53,183 nucleotides of DNA from a virus (lineage: Duplodnaviria; Caudoviricetes): positions 1 through 53,183 of IMG/VR virus record IMGVR_UViG_3300020171_000036; one strand, given 5' to 3'. This document shows, one piece after another, positions 17,962 through 26,669 of this stretch (its first letter is position 1; every line of letters begins with the position of its first letter). The notes under the pieces are model-generated. The model saw only the letters and a program-made list of their open reading frames with translations, was not told the origin of the DNA and made no database searches. A program made the position numbers and the translations under genes.

Positions 17962-18234
17962 TCAGGCCTTTTCAAACCAGTAAGATAGCTCACTGGCGGG
18001 GCCGCCTTCAACACCAGCGATAGACGGATTCCCCGCCGGTGCGCCCTCAATTGTTATCTCTTTATTGAGATATTTGAGGGCGTAATTAATGCCCCCAAAT
18101 CCCTTCTTTGTTGCGACACTTTTGCCTCCCCTGCTGCAATAGCCATGAGCAGGGTGGTACTTCATTTCAAGCGGGGTTGTTTCAACCCAGCCCAGAAAAA
18201 ACCTTTTGTTCGTGTTGGTTTTTATTTTATACAT
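17962..18234 (-). CDS. hypothetical protein, first gene of leftward cluster
   Basis: GGGAGG RBS; 90 aa. Confidence 0.6.
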   Translation of the reverse strand: MYKIKTNTNKRFFLGWVETTPLEMKYHPAHGYCSRGGKSVATKKGFGGINYALKYLNKEITIEGAPAGNPSIAGVEGGPASELSYWFEKA

Positions 18235-18289
18235 GTTTCAATCCTCCCTTTTTTTGGTTAATAATTTTTTGGTTGTTTATAATGTATAT

Positions 18290-18306
18290 ATCAAGTTTTG
18301 TGCCAA
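18290..18306 (-). promoter_or_regulatory. sigma54-like promoter
   Basis: Minus strand TTGGCAC-AAAAC-TTGAT versus consensus TGGCAC-N5-TTGC. Confidence 0.5.
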
Positions 18307-18550
18307 GTTTAAAAATAACTGCAAAATAGTTTGTAAGTGCTGAAGATGTAAGGAAATAATAATTTTAGGCAGAAAAAAAACGGAAAAACATGAAAGTTTA
18401 CAGGCTGATTATCATAGGCACAAACATATTGCAAATATGCAAGAATAAGCTAAAAACAAGAAGAATATGTAATAAAATCATAGGCTACAAAAGTGTATCA
18501 AATTAGCAAAGAATGTAATTTAAAGGTATTTTATCAACAAATATTAAAAT

Positions 18551-18580
18551 AGTTGACATAACTTGGGTGTTATGTTAACT
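18551..18580. other. dif/Xer-like recombination site
   Basis: AGTTGACATAA-CTTGGGTG-TTATGTTAACT; right arm 10/11 to the XerD arm TTATGTTAAAT. Confidence 0.55.
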
Positions 18581-18642
18581 TTTTGCATTGTTTGTGTTTT
18601 TTTCTATTGACATATACTGCATATTGTGCAAGAGTATATTGG

Positions 18643-19323
18643 ATGGAAGAAGACACTAAAAAATGTATAAAAGATTATAATAAAGCCTATTATGAAGCTA
18701 ATAAAGAAAAACTATTAGCTCGTCATAACACATGGAATAATGCAAATAAAGAAAGAGTAAAAAAGAACGAGAAAGCGTGGAGAGAGGCTAATAAAGATAA
18801 AATTAAAATTGTGCGTGCTCTTTACCTTGAAAGAAATAAAGCTAAAATAAGAATTAAGAGAAAAATTTACTATGAAGCCAATAAAAAGAGAATACTCGCC
18901 AAGGCGAAAGCTTGGGTGGCATCTAATAAAAAGAAGGCTGCAATTTATTATAGTGCATGGCATAAACAAAAACGTAGAATAGATATTAAGTTCAGATTGG
19001 GTCGGAATATGTCTAAGGCTGTAAGTGAGTCATTAAGGGAGAATAGAAATGGTCGTTCCTGGGAAACCATCATTGGATATACACTTAACGATCTTAGAAA
19101 ACACCTTGAAAAGCAATTCGTTAATGGTATGACGTGGGAGAATTATGGAGAATGGCATATTGAACATAAAATACCAATTAGTGTTCATAACTTTACGAAA
19201 GTGGGACACCAAGACTTTAAGAAATGTTGGGCGTTAAGTAACCTACAACCAATGTGGGCGAAAGAAAACTTATCAAAAGGCACAAAGATAGATAAGCATT
19301 TTCAACCCTCGTTATTAATATAA
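18643..19323 (+). CDS. HNH endonuclease with basic helical N-terminus
   Basis: HLEKQF..GMTWENYGEWHIEHKIP...CWALSNLQPMWAKENLSKG. Confidence 0.85.
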   Translation: MEEDTKKCIKDYNKAYYEANKEKLLARHNTWNNANKERVKKNEKAWREANKDKIKIVRALYLERNKAKIRIKRKIYYEANKKRILAKAKAWVASNKKKAAIYYSAWHKQKRRIDIKFRLGRNMSKAVSESLRENRNGRSWETIIGYTLNDLRKHLEKQFVNGMTWENYGEWHIEHKIPISVHNFTKVGHQDFKKCWALSNLQPMWAKENLSKGTKIDKHFQPSLLI

Positions 19324-19598
19324 TGAAAATAAAGCTTGCTTTTTGTTTCTTAGTATGATACAGAGTATTAAATATCCATACACTTTTTAACTGCGGGAGT
19401 CCCTCTGACCTAAGACAACATATAATAGGATAACAGGAGGTTGTATTACAACCATTATACAAAAATCACTTAGTCAAGACTGCCCCTTTGAAGTATGGTG
19501 GAAGGAAAACCGCCGTGATTTCGAAAAGCTGGCTATGATTAATGCTTTTTTAGCAATACACGAAGCCGCAGAAAGAGCGTGGGACGAAAGGGGTTTAC

Positions 19599-19811
19599 AT
19601 GAACAGCTTTGATCTCATCCAGTGCATTGATTCCATCGCCAATAACTATAACTGCCGAACCGTCCTGATTGACTTTGACAACTTCACAGTGAACATAGAA
19701 GGAAGAGAAGACCAGAGAACTGCCTGTATGATAGACATCAAAAAACAACTCGGAGAATACCTCTCCTACGAACAACAATACATTACTACACTATACGGAT
19801 GGCCTGTATGA
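19599..19811 (+). CDS. hypothetical protein
   Basis: 70 aa ORF before the terminase genes. Confidence 0.5.
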   Translation: MNSFDLIQCIDSIANNYNCRTVLIDFDNFTVNIEGREDQRTACMIDIKKQLGEYLSYEQQYITTLYGWPV

Positions 19812-20068
19812 GATTATTATTTATTCTTATACTATTAATTTCTGTCCAAGCTTTTGCAGCCGACCTCCCCTTTTTTATGGACCCCGTTCAACACGAACAC
19901 GAACAACAGCAATACGAAAAATCACGCCAGCAAGCGGTAGAAGAACAGGCCGCACGAGACCGCAAAGAAATGATAGAGAACCAGCGAGAGATTATAAGAC
20001 AACAACAGGAAGAATCCACACGCAGGGAAAACCAGAGAATCTGGGACTGGAATAATAATGGCAGGTAA
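19799..20068 (+). CDS. secreted protein with signal peptide
   Basis: MRLLFILILLISVQAFA signal followed by Q/E/R coiled coil. Confidence 0.55.
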   Translation: MACMRLLFILILLISVQAFAADLPFFMDPVQHEHEQQQYEKSRQQAVEEQAARDRKEMIENQREIIRQQQEESTRRENQRIWDWNNNGR

Positions 20069-20465
20069 AAAAACTAAAGTTGGAGGACAACCAGGGAACA
20101 AGAACAGGGAAATATACACACTTGAAGTGGCGTTCGACCTATTTGAGAAAGCTAAGGATATATTAGTTATTGATAAAAATATTATTACAGAGACAGAATT
20201 AATGGTTAAATGTAAATATGAGTTATCATTACCGATGTCATCTTATTTATATCTAAGAGACGAGAAATTCCCCATCGAATTAGAAGACTATAAAAAAGAA
20301 ATTGAGTCAATCCTTGAATCACGGGTTATGAGATGTAAGGAAATGTATCCAGGTATAGCTGCTATGACGTTAAAGAACAAGCATCGTTGGAAAGACCAGC
20401 AGGACATTAACCAAAACATTAAACTACCACCAGGGTTAAAGGTGTCTTTTGGTGCAGAAGAATAA
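20058..20465 (+). CDS. terS: terminase small subunit
   Basis: GGQPGNKN N-terminus, LKNKHRWKDQQ C-terminus, directly upstream of TerL. Confidence 0.75.
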   Translation: MAGKKTKVGGQPGNKNREIYTLEVAFDLFEKAKDILVIDKNIITETELMVKCKYELSLPMSSYLYLRDEKFPIELEDYKKEIESILESRVMRCKEMYPGIAAMTLKNKHRWKDQQDINQNIKLPPGLKVSFGAEE

Positions 20466-22623
20466 AGAAATTGAAATCAAACTACCACCTAAATTTAAAG
20501 GACTGTTTAAGCCGGCACGATATAAGATATATTACGGCGGAAGAGGTGGTGCTAAGTCTTTCTCGTTTGCTACAGCCCTAATAATAAGGGCATATTCACA
20601 GCCGTTACGGATACTATGTACAAGAGAATTTCAGTCATCAATAGCAGACTCAGTGCATCGGCTCTTAGCCGACAGAATACACGATTTAAACCTTGACCAG
20701 TGGTTTGACGTAACAAACACAGCCATTACAAGTAAAGCGGGGTCGTTGTTTATTTTCAAGGGGTTACGCCACTCAATACAGGAGATAAAGTCCACAGAAG
20801 GTATTGATATTGTATGGGTAGAAGAGGCTCAGGCCATATCTCAAAATTCATGGAAGATACTTATTCCGACCATCAGAAAAGAAGAATCGCAGATATGGAT
20901 ATCCTTCAACCCAGAGGAAGAAACAGACCCGACATATCAAAGATTTGTAATAAATACACCACCTAACAGTATTATAAAAAAGGTTGGGTGGGAAGATAAT
21001 CCGTATTTTCCAAAGGTGCTTAATGACGAGCGCCTGTATATGTTACAAGTTGATCCCGAAGCATACGAGCATGTATGGGGCGGGGATTGCAGGCAGATAG
21101 GAGATGCGGTAATATTTAAAAACAGGGTATCGGTAGAAACATTTAATGAGCCATCAGATGACACACAACTATATTATGGAGCAGATTGGGGATTTTCTAA
21201 TGATCCCACAGTATTGATTAGGTGTTGGGTGAAAGATAAGTGCCTTTATATAGACAGGGAAGCGTATGGAATGGGGGTGGAAATAGACGACCTTCCAGAG
21301 CTTTTTGATAGTATTCCAGGGGCGAGAAAATGGAATATAAAAGCCGACAACTCACGACCGGAGACCATCAGCCACATGCAGCGACAGGGGTTTAATATCA
21401 GCGCAGCCCCCAAGTGGCAAGGTTCAATAGAAGACGGTATTACAGTTATGAAAGGATTTCAACGCATTATAGTCCATGAGAGATGCCAGCACACAGCCAA
21501 AGAGTTTAGACTATACAGTTATAAAACCGATAGATTAACGGAAGAAGTGCTACCAATTATAATAGACAAACACAATCATTGCTTTATAGCTGGAACAAAA
21601 ATATCTACGTCAAGGGGCAATGTCCCGATTGAAGATGTAAGAGTAGGTGATTTTGTTTTAACAAGGTTTGGATTTAGAAAGGTTTTATTTTCTGGTGTTA
21701 CCGGAGTTAATAAAAAGGTTGTCAGCGTTAATATCGGAGAAAAAACAATTGTTTGCACCCCAGGCCATAAAATTTTTATTAATAAAAAAGGCTTTACATT
21801 TGCCAATGCTTTAAGATATAATGACTCAACTATAACATTAAAGGAGAATGAGTCATGGTTGAAACAACAGAGTATAAGGGAAAAACTTACAGAAGATATC
21901 CAAGCAGCAACAACAAGGCAGATCGTACTTATTTTACAAGATCGTATGCAAATCATAAAACACCTATTAAATTACATAGGCAGATATGGGAAGACCATTA
22001 CGGATCAATACCTATCGGACACCATATCCATCATAAAGATGGCGATTCTTCCAACAATGATATTACAAACCTCGCCTGCCTTTCCCCATCAGAACACGCA
22101 AAAAAGCATGAATGGGATGATGCCCGGAAAAGATTTCAACGAGAACATTTGGACAAGATCAGACATCTTACAAAGGCATGGCATTCAAGCCCAGAAGGAA
22201 AAATTAAACATAGAGAAATTGGTGCAATTGCATATAAAAAATTTATTCCAATACCCAAAATATGCAAACATTGTGAACAGTTATTCCTACCTAAGAAAAT
22301 TGGGAACGCTGATCTTTTCTGCTCTAATAAATGCAAATCAGCTTGGCGCAGAGCCTCTGGGGTTGACAACATCACAAGAGAATGCGAGGTATGCGGAAAG
22401 CAATTTAAAACAAACAAATATAGTAAAACCAAAAGTTGTTCTAGAACGTGTGCAAAGCGTGTGTGTGGTCGGGACAGCAAAGCAAGTTTATGACCTTACA
22501 ATAGAAGGAGATCATGAGTTTTTTGCCAATAGCATTCTTGTACACAATTGTTTAGACAGTATTCGCTATGGTATTAGTAGTTTAATACGAGTTGGGTTTT
22601 TTGCGGGAGCTGACTTGGCATGA
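20449..22623 (+). CDS. terL: terminase large subunit (PBSX/Terminase_3-like) containing an intein
   Basis: YGGRGGAKS Walker A, WVEEA Walker B, SFNP, GADWGFSNDP, DKHNH|CLDSIRY. Confidence 0.95.
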   Translation: MVQKNKEIEIKLPPKFKGLFKPARYKIYYGGRGGAKSFSFATALIIRAYSQPLRILCTREFQSSIADSVHRLLADRIHDLNLDQWFDVTNTAITSKAGSLFIFKGLRHSIQEIKSTEGIDIVWVEEAQAISQNSWKILIPTIRKEESQIWISFNPEEETDPTYQRFVINTPPNSIIKKVGWEDNPYFPKVLNDERLYMLQVDPEAYEHVWGGDCRQIGDAVIFKNRVSVETFNEPSDDTQLYYGADWGFSNDPTVLIRCWVKDKCLYIDREAYGMGVEIDDLPELFDSIPGARKWNIKADNSRPETISHMQRQGFNISAAPKWQGSIEDGITVMKGFQRIIVHERCQHTAKEFRLYSYKTDRLTEEVLPIIIDKHNHCFIAGTKISTSRGNVPIEDVRVGDFVLTRFGFRKVLFSGVTGVNKKVVSVNIGEKTIVCTPGHKIFINKKGFTFANALRYNDSTITLKENESWLKQQSIREKLTEDIQAATTRQIVLILQDRMQIIKHLLNYIGRYGKTITDQYLSDTISIIKMAILPTMILQTSPAFPHQNTQKSMNGMMPGKDFNENIWTRSDILQRHGIQAQKEKLNIEKLVQLHIKNLFQYPKYANIVNSYSYLRKLGTLIFSALINANQLGAEPLGLTTSQENARYAESNLKQTNIVKPKVVLERVQSVCVVGTAKQVYDLTIEGDHEFFANSILVHNCLDSIRYGISSLIRVGFFAGADLA
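21580..22548 (+). mobile_element. intein in TerL (323 aa)
   Basis: Starts CFIAGTKI, block B CTPGH, block F VYDLTIEGDHEFFAN, ends VHN followed by Cys. Confidence 0.93.
21855..22493 (+). CDS. HNH homing endonuclease nested out of frame inside the TerL intein
   Basis: LHRQIW...HIHHKDGDSSNNDITNL..L...EH...H plus CxxC zinc ribbons; AAGGAG RBS at 21841-46. Confidence 0.88.
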   Translation: MVETTEYKGKTYRRYPSSNNKADRTYFTRSYANHKTPIKLHRQIWEDHYGSIPIGHHIHHKDGDSSNNDITNLACLSPSEHAKKHEWDDARKRFQREHLDKIRHLTKAWHSSPEGKIKHREIGAIAYKKFIPIPKICKHCEQLFLPKKIGNADLFCSNKCKSAWRRASGVDNITRECEVCGKQFKTNKYSKTKSCSRTCAKRVCGRDSKASL

Positions 22624-22660
22624 GGTGGTTTGATGACGTTTAGAGAGTGCTTATATCATT

Positions 22661-22837
22661 ATGCAGGATAAAAGATGGCAAAACGGTAAAGGTTACCATA
22701 AATATTATTACACAGTAAAAGACATAGCACAAATTACAGGAAGGGCGATTGGAACGATTCGGAACGACATGAGCAAGGGTAAATTAGAAATGAGCGATTT
22801 GTTAAGTGTGATAAAGTACATTAAAAAGTTTACATAA
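22661..22837 (+). CDS. small HTH DNA-binding protein (58 aa, not in ORF track)
   Basis: YTVKDIAQITGRAIGTIRNDMSKGKL, excisionase/MerR-like HTH. Confidence 0.55.
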   Translation: MQDKRWQNGKGYHKYYYTVKDIAQITGRAIGTIRNDMSKGKLEMSDLLSVIKYIKKFT

Positions 22838-23371
22838 TATGGCAATAATTATCAAAACTAACCTAAATATAATAATAACAAATAATTATCAACGTCCATA
22901 TTTTAATATTATCAGACGTTGTAAAAAGAGCACCAGTTATATCAGCGCAATCCTGGTGCAGCCGAAAGGAAAGATTGAGGGCTGATGTAATGTCGTGGTG
23001 ACATCGCGGACAAAAAAAGGAATGACCGATCTATACGGGCGGATTCAAGTATGATAAACAGGCTAATACAAATTGCATCCAAAGGAACTATTCTTACGAG
23101 GATAGTCAGGTTTCTGTTCATACCTAAAGACCAGAGCAGGGCGCTTAGGCATAGCGATATATGTCGCCTGATAAAGCGATTTCCTTTTCCATGTGACTTT
23201 ATGGTTTTTGTCGGTTCTGGATTCCCCGCTAATTAACTAAAGGCAGGGATGCAAGGAGACATGCCCGTAAAACAAACCAGAAAGTTTACATAATATCATG
23301 ACCACCTGGTCATTATTGAAATAAACTATTGATATACAACAAAATGCGGTGATAATTAGGTAAGGACATAC

Positions 23372-23572
23372 ATGACAACCAAAGCCTGTAAAAAGAAGGG
23401 TAAAAAACACACGCCAATAACTTCAGAAGCCCAAAGAGGCCTTATGGGTGCGGAGCTCGCTCGCAGGCGAAAAGGCGGCAAGGGACTTTTATCCAGCATC
23501 ACGACGGACGAATTAGAGAGTCACCTAAAGGAGTCTGCCGGTAAAAAATTACCCAGAAGGGTTAAGAAATGA
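23372..23572 (+). CDS. DUF3008-like small basic protein
   Basis: SEAQRGLMGAELARRR...ELE...KLP pattern. Confidence 0.55.
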   Translation: MTTKACKKKGKKHTPITSEAQRGLMGAELARRRKGGKGLLSSITTDELESHLKESAGKKLPRRVKK

Positions 23573-23666
23573 GAGAATATTTAACAGTTCTTAGGTGTGT
23601 TCTTGTGGTGATATTGGTTATTCCAATAATAGTTTTATTTATGATTATGGGGCGATATAATTATTT

Positions 23667-24332
23667 ATGATTATTATTGAAAAGAAACATTTTGAGACAC
23701 CACTTGGTCAGAAAAAAACCTACTATTATGATGCAATAGACCAGTCAGAGTACAGAAGGATAGCGGGCGGGATTGGATTTCCCTATGGAGACCAACCAGG
23801 ATTTATTATAGTAATGGCAGAGGACTTCCCAGAAGACCCCAGGCTAAAGAAAAGAAGATTAAGACTCTTAACAGAGCATACAAACAGTGATATTGAAAAA
23901 CTCGTTAAAGCGATATATGATTATCAAAATAGATACTTAGTTGAAACATGGCATGGAGAGACAGACAATTTGATAATGATGCACTTCATAGACAAGTTTA
24001 ATCAAAAACTTTCAAAAAAGAAACGGGGTATTTATATAAATGACGCCCCTTTCTCAGATGACCCGCATAATCTCAGGCTATATTCACACCAGATTAAAAA
24101 CCTATTATTACCCACAAAAAAGGCTATGCACTTTGGCGACAACAGCCAAATACCAGGATATCTTTCTGGGCTTTCAGCCGACCAGGTAAGACAAGACCCA
24201 GCGCAAAAACATCCTATCATAGCGGCGTTGGGTTTTTTAGTAGCGGGATTAAGCGAGCCATATTATGATGTAAATAAGGACAGAGAACTTCAGGAAGCAT
24301 ACATACAAAAACGAACAGTAGTAGGACTATGA
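23667..24332 (+). CDS. hypothetical protein, possibly RNase H/terminase-nuclease-like fold
   Basis: GGIGFP...PGFIIVMAE beta-strand pattern; packaging context. Confidence 0.5.
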   Translation: MIIIEKKHFETPLGQKKTYYYDAIDQSEYRRIAGGIGFPYGDQPGFIIVMAEDFPEDPRLKKRRLRLLTEHTNSDIEKLVKAIYDYQNRYLVETWHGETDNLIMMHFIDKFNQKLSKKKRGIYINDAPFSDDPHNLRLYSHQIKNLLLPTKKAMHFGDNSQIPGYLSGLSADQVRQDPAQKHPIIAALGFLVAGLSEPYYDVNKDRELQEAYIQKRTVVGL

Positions 24333-24429
24333 GCAACCGACAAGACTCCTATCAACGACAATGGTTGAATTTTATGGGTCAGGGTAGCGATGACAGGAAA
24401 TTCACATTAATAGGATAGGAGAATAAATT

Positions 24430-26319
24430 ATGGGACAATTATTAGCAGAAATATTAAATGACATGTCAGATGGACGTGAACGTAGAGCAATATATACTAT
24501 GTTCACTAAACTTTTAAACAACGATGCTACATCCACACATGCAGCTATTGTGTGTGGTGCATCGGCAACCCCAATATCGGTAGCTGGGGCATTCACGACC
24601 GGCCTTGAAATATCGGCAGACGGCACCACCGGAATCTCGATCACGTCTGGATTTTCCGGTGTAAACATGCTTTCGCTGGCTGGAACTGGAAGCACTTCAG
24701 GTATTTTGATTTCTGGAGCTTGTGCTATTCCGCTGAACATTACTGGAGCTTTCACCACCGGCTTGACCATAGCCGCTGATGGAACGACAGCAATTTCGGT
24801 AACAAGCGCATTTAGTGGTACAACCGGACTATTATTTGCAGGAACAGCCACCAACGGGATTTCACTTACTGGGGCATGTGCGACAGCAGCGATCAGTATA
24901 TCTGGTGCGGAAGCTATTGGTCTGAGTATTCTAACCTCAACTCCTACCGATGGTATCAACATTGCCGCAGCTTGTGCTAATGCAATCGCTATTGGTGGAG
25001 CAAACACCACTGCAGGTATCAACATTACGGGAGCGGAAGCAGTCGGCATACAGATTGCCACTTCAACCCCTGTGGACGGTATTCTGATATCAGCCGCTTG
25101 CGCTGATGGTATTCAGTTGTCAGGTGCTAATACTGCAAACGCAATCAATATTTCAGGAGCTTCCACAGCGGTTGGGATAGGTATAAGCGGAACTTGTGGA
25201 ACTTATGGAGTAAGCATATCTGGTGCATGTACGACAGCCGCTATTGGTATCACGGGCGCTGAAGCAGTCGGGCTTCTAATTGCCACATCTACACCGACCA
25301 GCGGTATTTCAATCACCGCAGCTTGCGCCGATGGCGTAGCGATTTCAGGAGCAAATACTACAGCAGGTATTAACATAAGTGGAGCGGAAGCCGTTGGATT
25401 AAGCATTAACACCTCAACGCCTGTGGATGGTATCCTGGTTTCTGCGGCATGTGCAGATGGTATTCAATTATCTGGAGCAAATACAGCCAATGCCATTAAT
25501 ATTTCAGGGGCAAGCACGCTTAACGCTATAACTATAAGCGGGACATCTGGTGATACAGGTATTGAAATCAGTGGCACAGCGGCAAACTTTGCCATAGACA
25601 TTTCAGGTGCTCAGACGGCAGTAGGACTATCTGTATCTGGTGCATGTGCAACTGGTATTTCTATTTCTGGGGCTTGTTCAACGGCTGTAATGCAAATGGG
25701 TTCTACTGGCACACCTCTTGTTAATGATACAGCAATAGCTGGGTTTGTTTTAGGTTACTTTGATAGCGGTGTAACAAGTGGATGGCCATGCGGCGCTTTT
25801 TTCAACACAAATGTCACAGCAGCAGGCGGAAGTTTTACAGCCCTTCAGGGCGATGCTGTTTTAACCGCTGCGAAAGCTACCGTAACAGGTGTTGAGAACT
25901 GGATGCAGGTTAATACGGGCGGACGTGTAACTGGAGCTTGTCGTTCACTTCAAGGCACTATCGACTTTAGTAATGAAGATAAAGGTAGTGGGGGCGTTTA
26001 CTCGGGTGCTTGTCTTAATATTAAAGGCGAGGGAGCTGCATGTGATATTGGAACTACTCAGAGAGTTTCTTGCCTTGAGCTTAAAACAGAAGGCACTTGG
26101 AGCGCTGCCGCTGGAGAGGATTTTGATACAAAAGCAGCAGGCTATGCTATTTACTTTAACGGATTTACAGCGGCGGCAGGGGTTACAAACATTCTGTCCA
26201 GCACAAGGCTTGCGGAATTGCCAGCAAGTACAATCGGTATTAGGGTAGGTGTTGGCGCAGACGGAGCATCTGGAGCAGCTTATTATATTCCATTAGTATT
26301 AGCATCTGAATGGAACTAA
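24430..26319 (+). CDS. repetitive G/A/S/T/I-rich virion fibre or beta-solenoid protein
   Basis: Many ~11-aa 'xIxISGA' repeats in ~33-aa super-repeats; AGGAG RBS. Confidence 0.75.
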   Translation: MGQLLAEILNDMSDGRERRAIYTMFTKLLNNDATSTHAAIVCGASATPISVAGAFTTGLEISADGTTGISITSGFSGVNMLSLAGTGSTSGILISGACAIPLNITGAFTTGLTIAADGTTAISVTSAFSGTTGLLFAGTATNGISLTGACATAAISISGAEAIGLSILTSTPTDGINIAAACANAIAIGGANTTAGINITGAEAVGIQIATSTPVDGILISAACADGIQLSGANTANAINISGASTAVGIGISGTCGTYGVSISGACTTAAIGITGAEAVGLLIATSTPTSGISITAACADGVAISGANTTAGINISGAEAVGLSINTSTPVDGILVSAACADGIQLSGANTANAINISGASTLNAITISGTSGDTGIEISGTAANFAIDISGAQTAVGLSVSGACATGISISGACSTAVMQMGSTGTPLVNDTAIAGFVLGYFDSGVTSGWPCGAFFNTNVTAAGGSFTALQGDAVLTAAKATVTGVENWMQVNTGGRVTGACRSLQGTIDFSNEDKGSGGVYSGACLNIKGEGAACDIGTTQRVSCLELKTEGTWSAAAGEDFDTKAAGYAIYFNGFTAAAGVTNILSSTRLAELPASTIGIRVGVGADGASGAAYYIPLVLASEWN

Positions 26320-26417
26320 TAATTAAACACTCACGGGATAGAGACACGTGCTTGAAAGGTTGCTTCCTGGGCGACTTTCCCGTGATAACCCCAGGGATAT
26401 TTACAGGAGATATTATT

Positions 26418-26660
26418 ATGGATGAAAATGATAGGATTACAATTTCTCAAGCGGAAAGTAAAAAATGTAATAAATGCGGCAAGGAGACGACATTTGATGA
26501 AGGGACAAATTATAGTGGACTTTTTGTGAAACTGGATACTTCTTCGGCTATGAGTAAATCAGAAATTATATTCTTACAAAATCAGATGGGTAACTATCAA
26601 CTTAAAAAGCAGTATTGTATTTGTTATGAATGTTTCCTTGATACGTTTTTAAAACCTTAA
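26418..26660 (+). CDS. small zinc-finger protein
   Basis: CNKCGK...ICYECF; AGGAG RBS. Confidence 0.55.
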   Translation: MDENDRITISQAESKKCNKCGKETTFDEGTNYSGLFVKLDTSSAMSKSEIIFLQNQMGNYQLKKQYCICYECFLDTFLKP

Positions 26661-26669
26661 CCAGGAAAT

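Noticed and set aside
23051-23236. 61-aa ORF in the track
   Set aside because: No clear RBS or motif, and it overlaps extensive base-paired structure; more likely non-coding.
23034-23268. tmRNA, RNase P or 6S identity for the structured region
   Set aside because: No tRNA-like acceptor/T-arm with CCA, no RNase P conserved motif, and the fold looks multi-branched rather than rod-like; left as an unknown RNA.
24402-25412. Minus-strand ORFs of 219 and 69 aa opposite the ISGA-repeat gene
   Set aside because: Shadow ORFs caused by repetitive Gly/Ala/Ser/Thr codon usage; no RBS or motifs.
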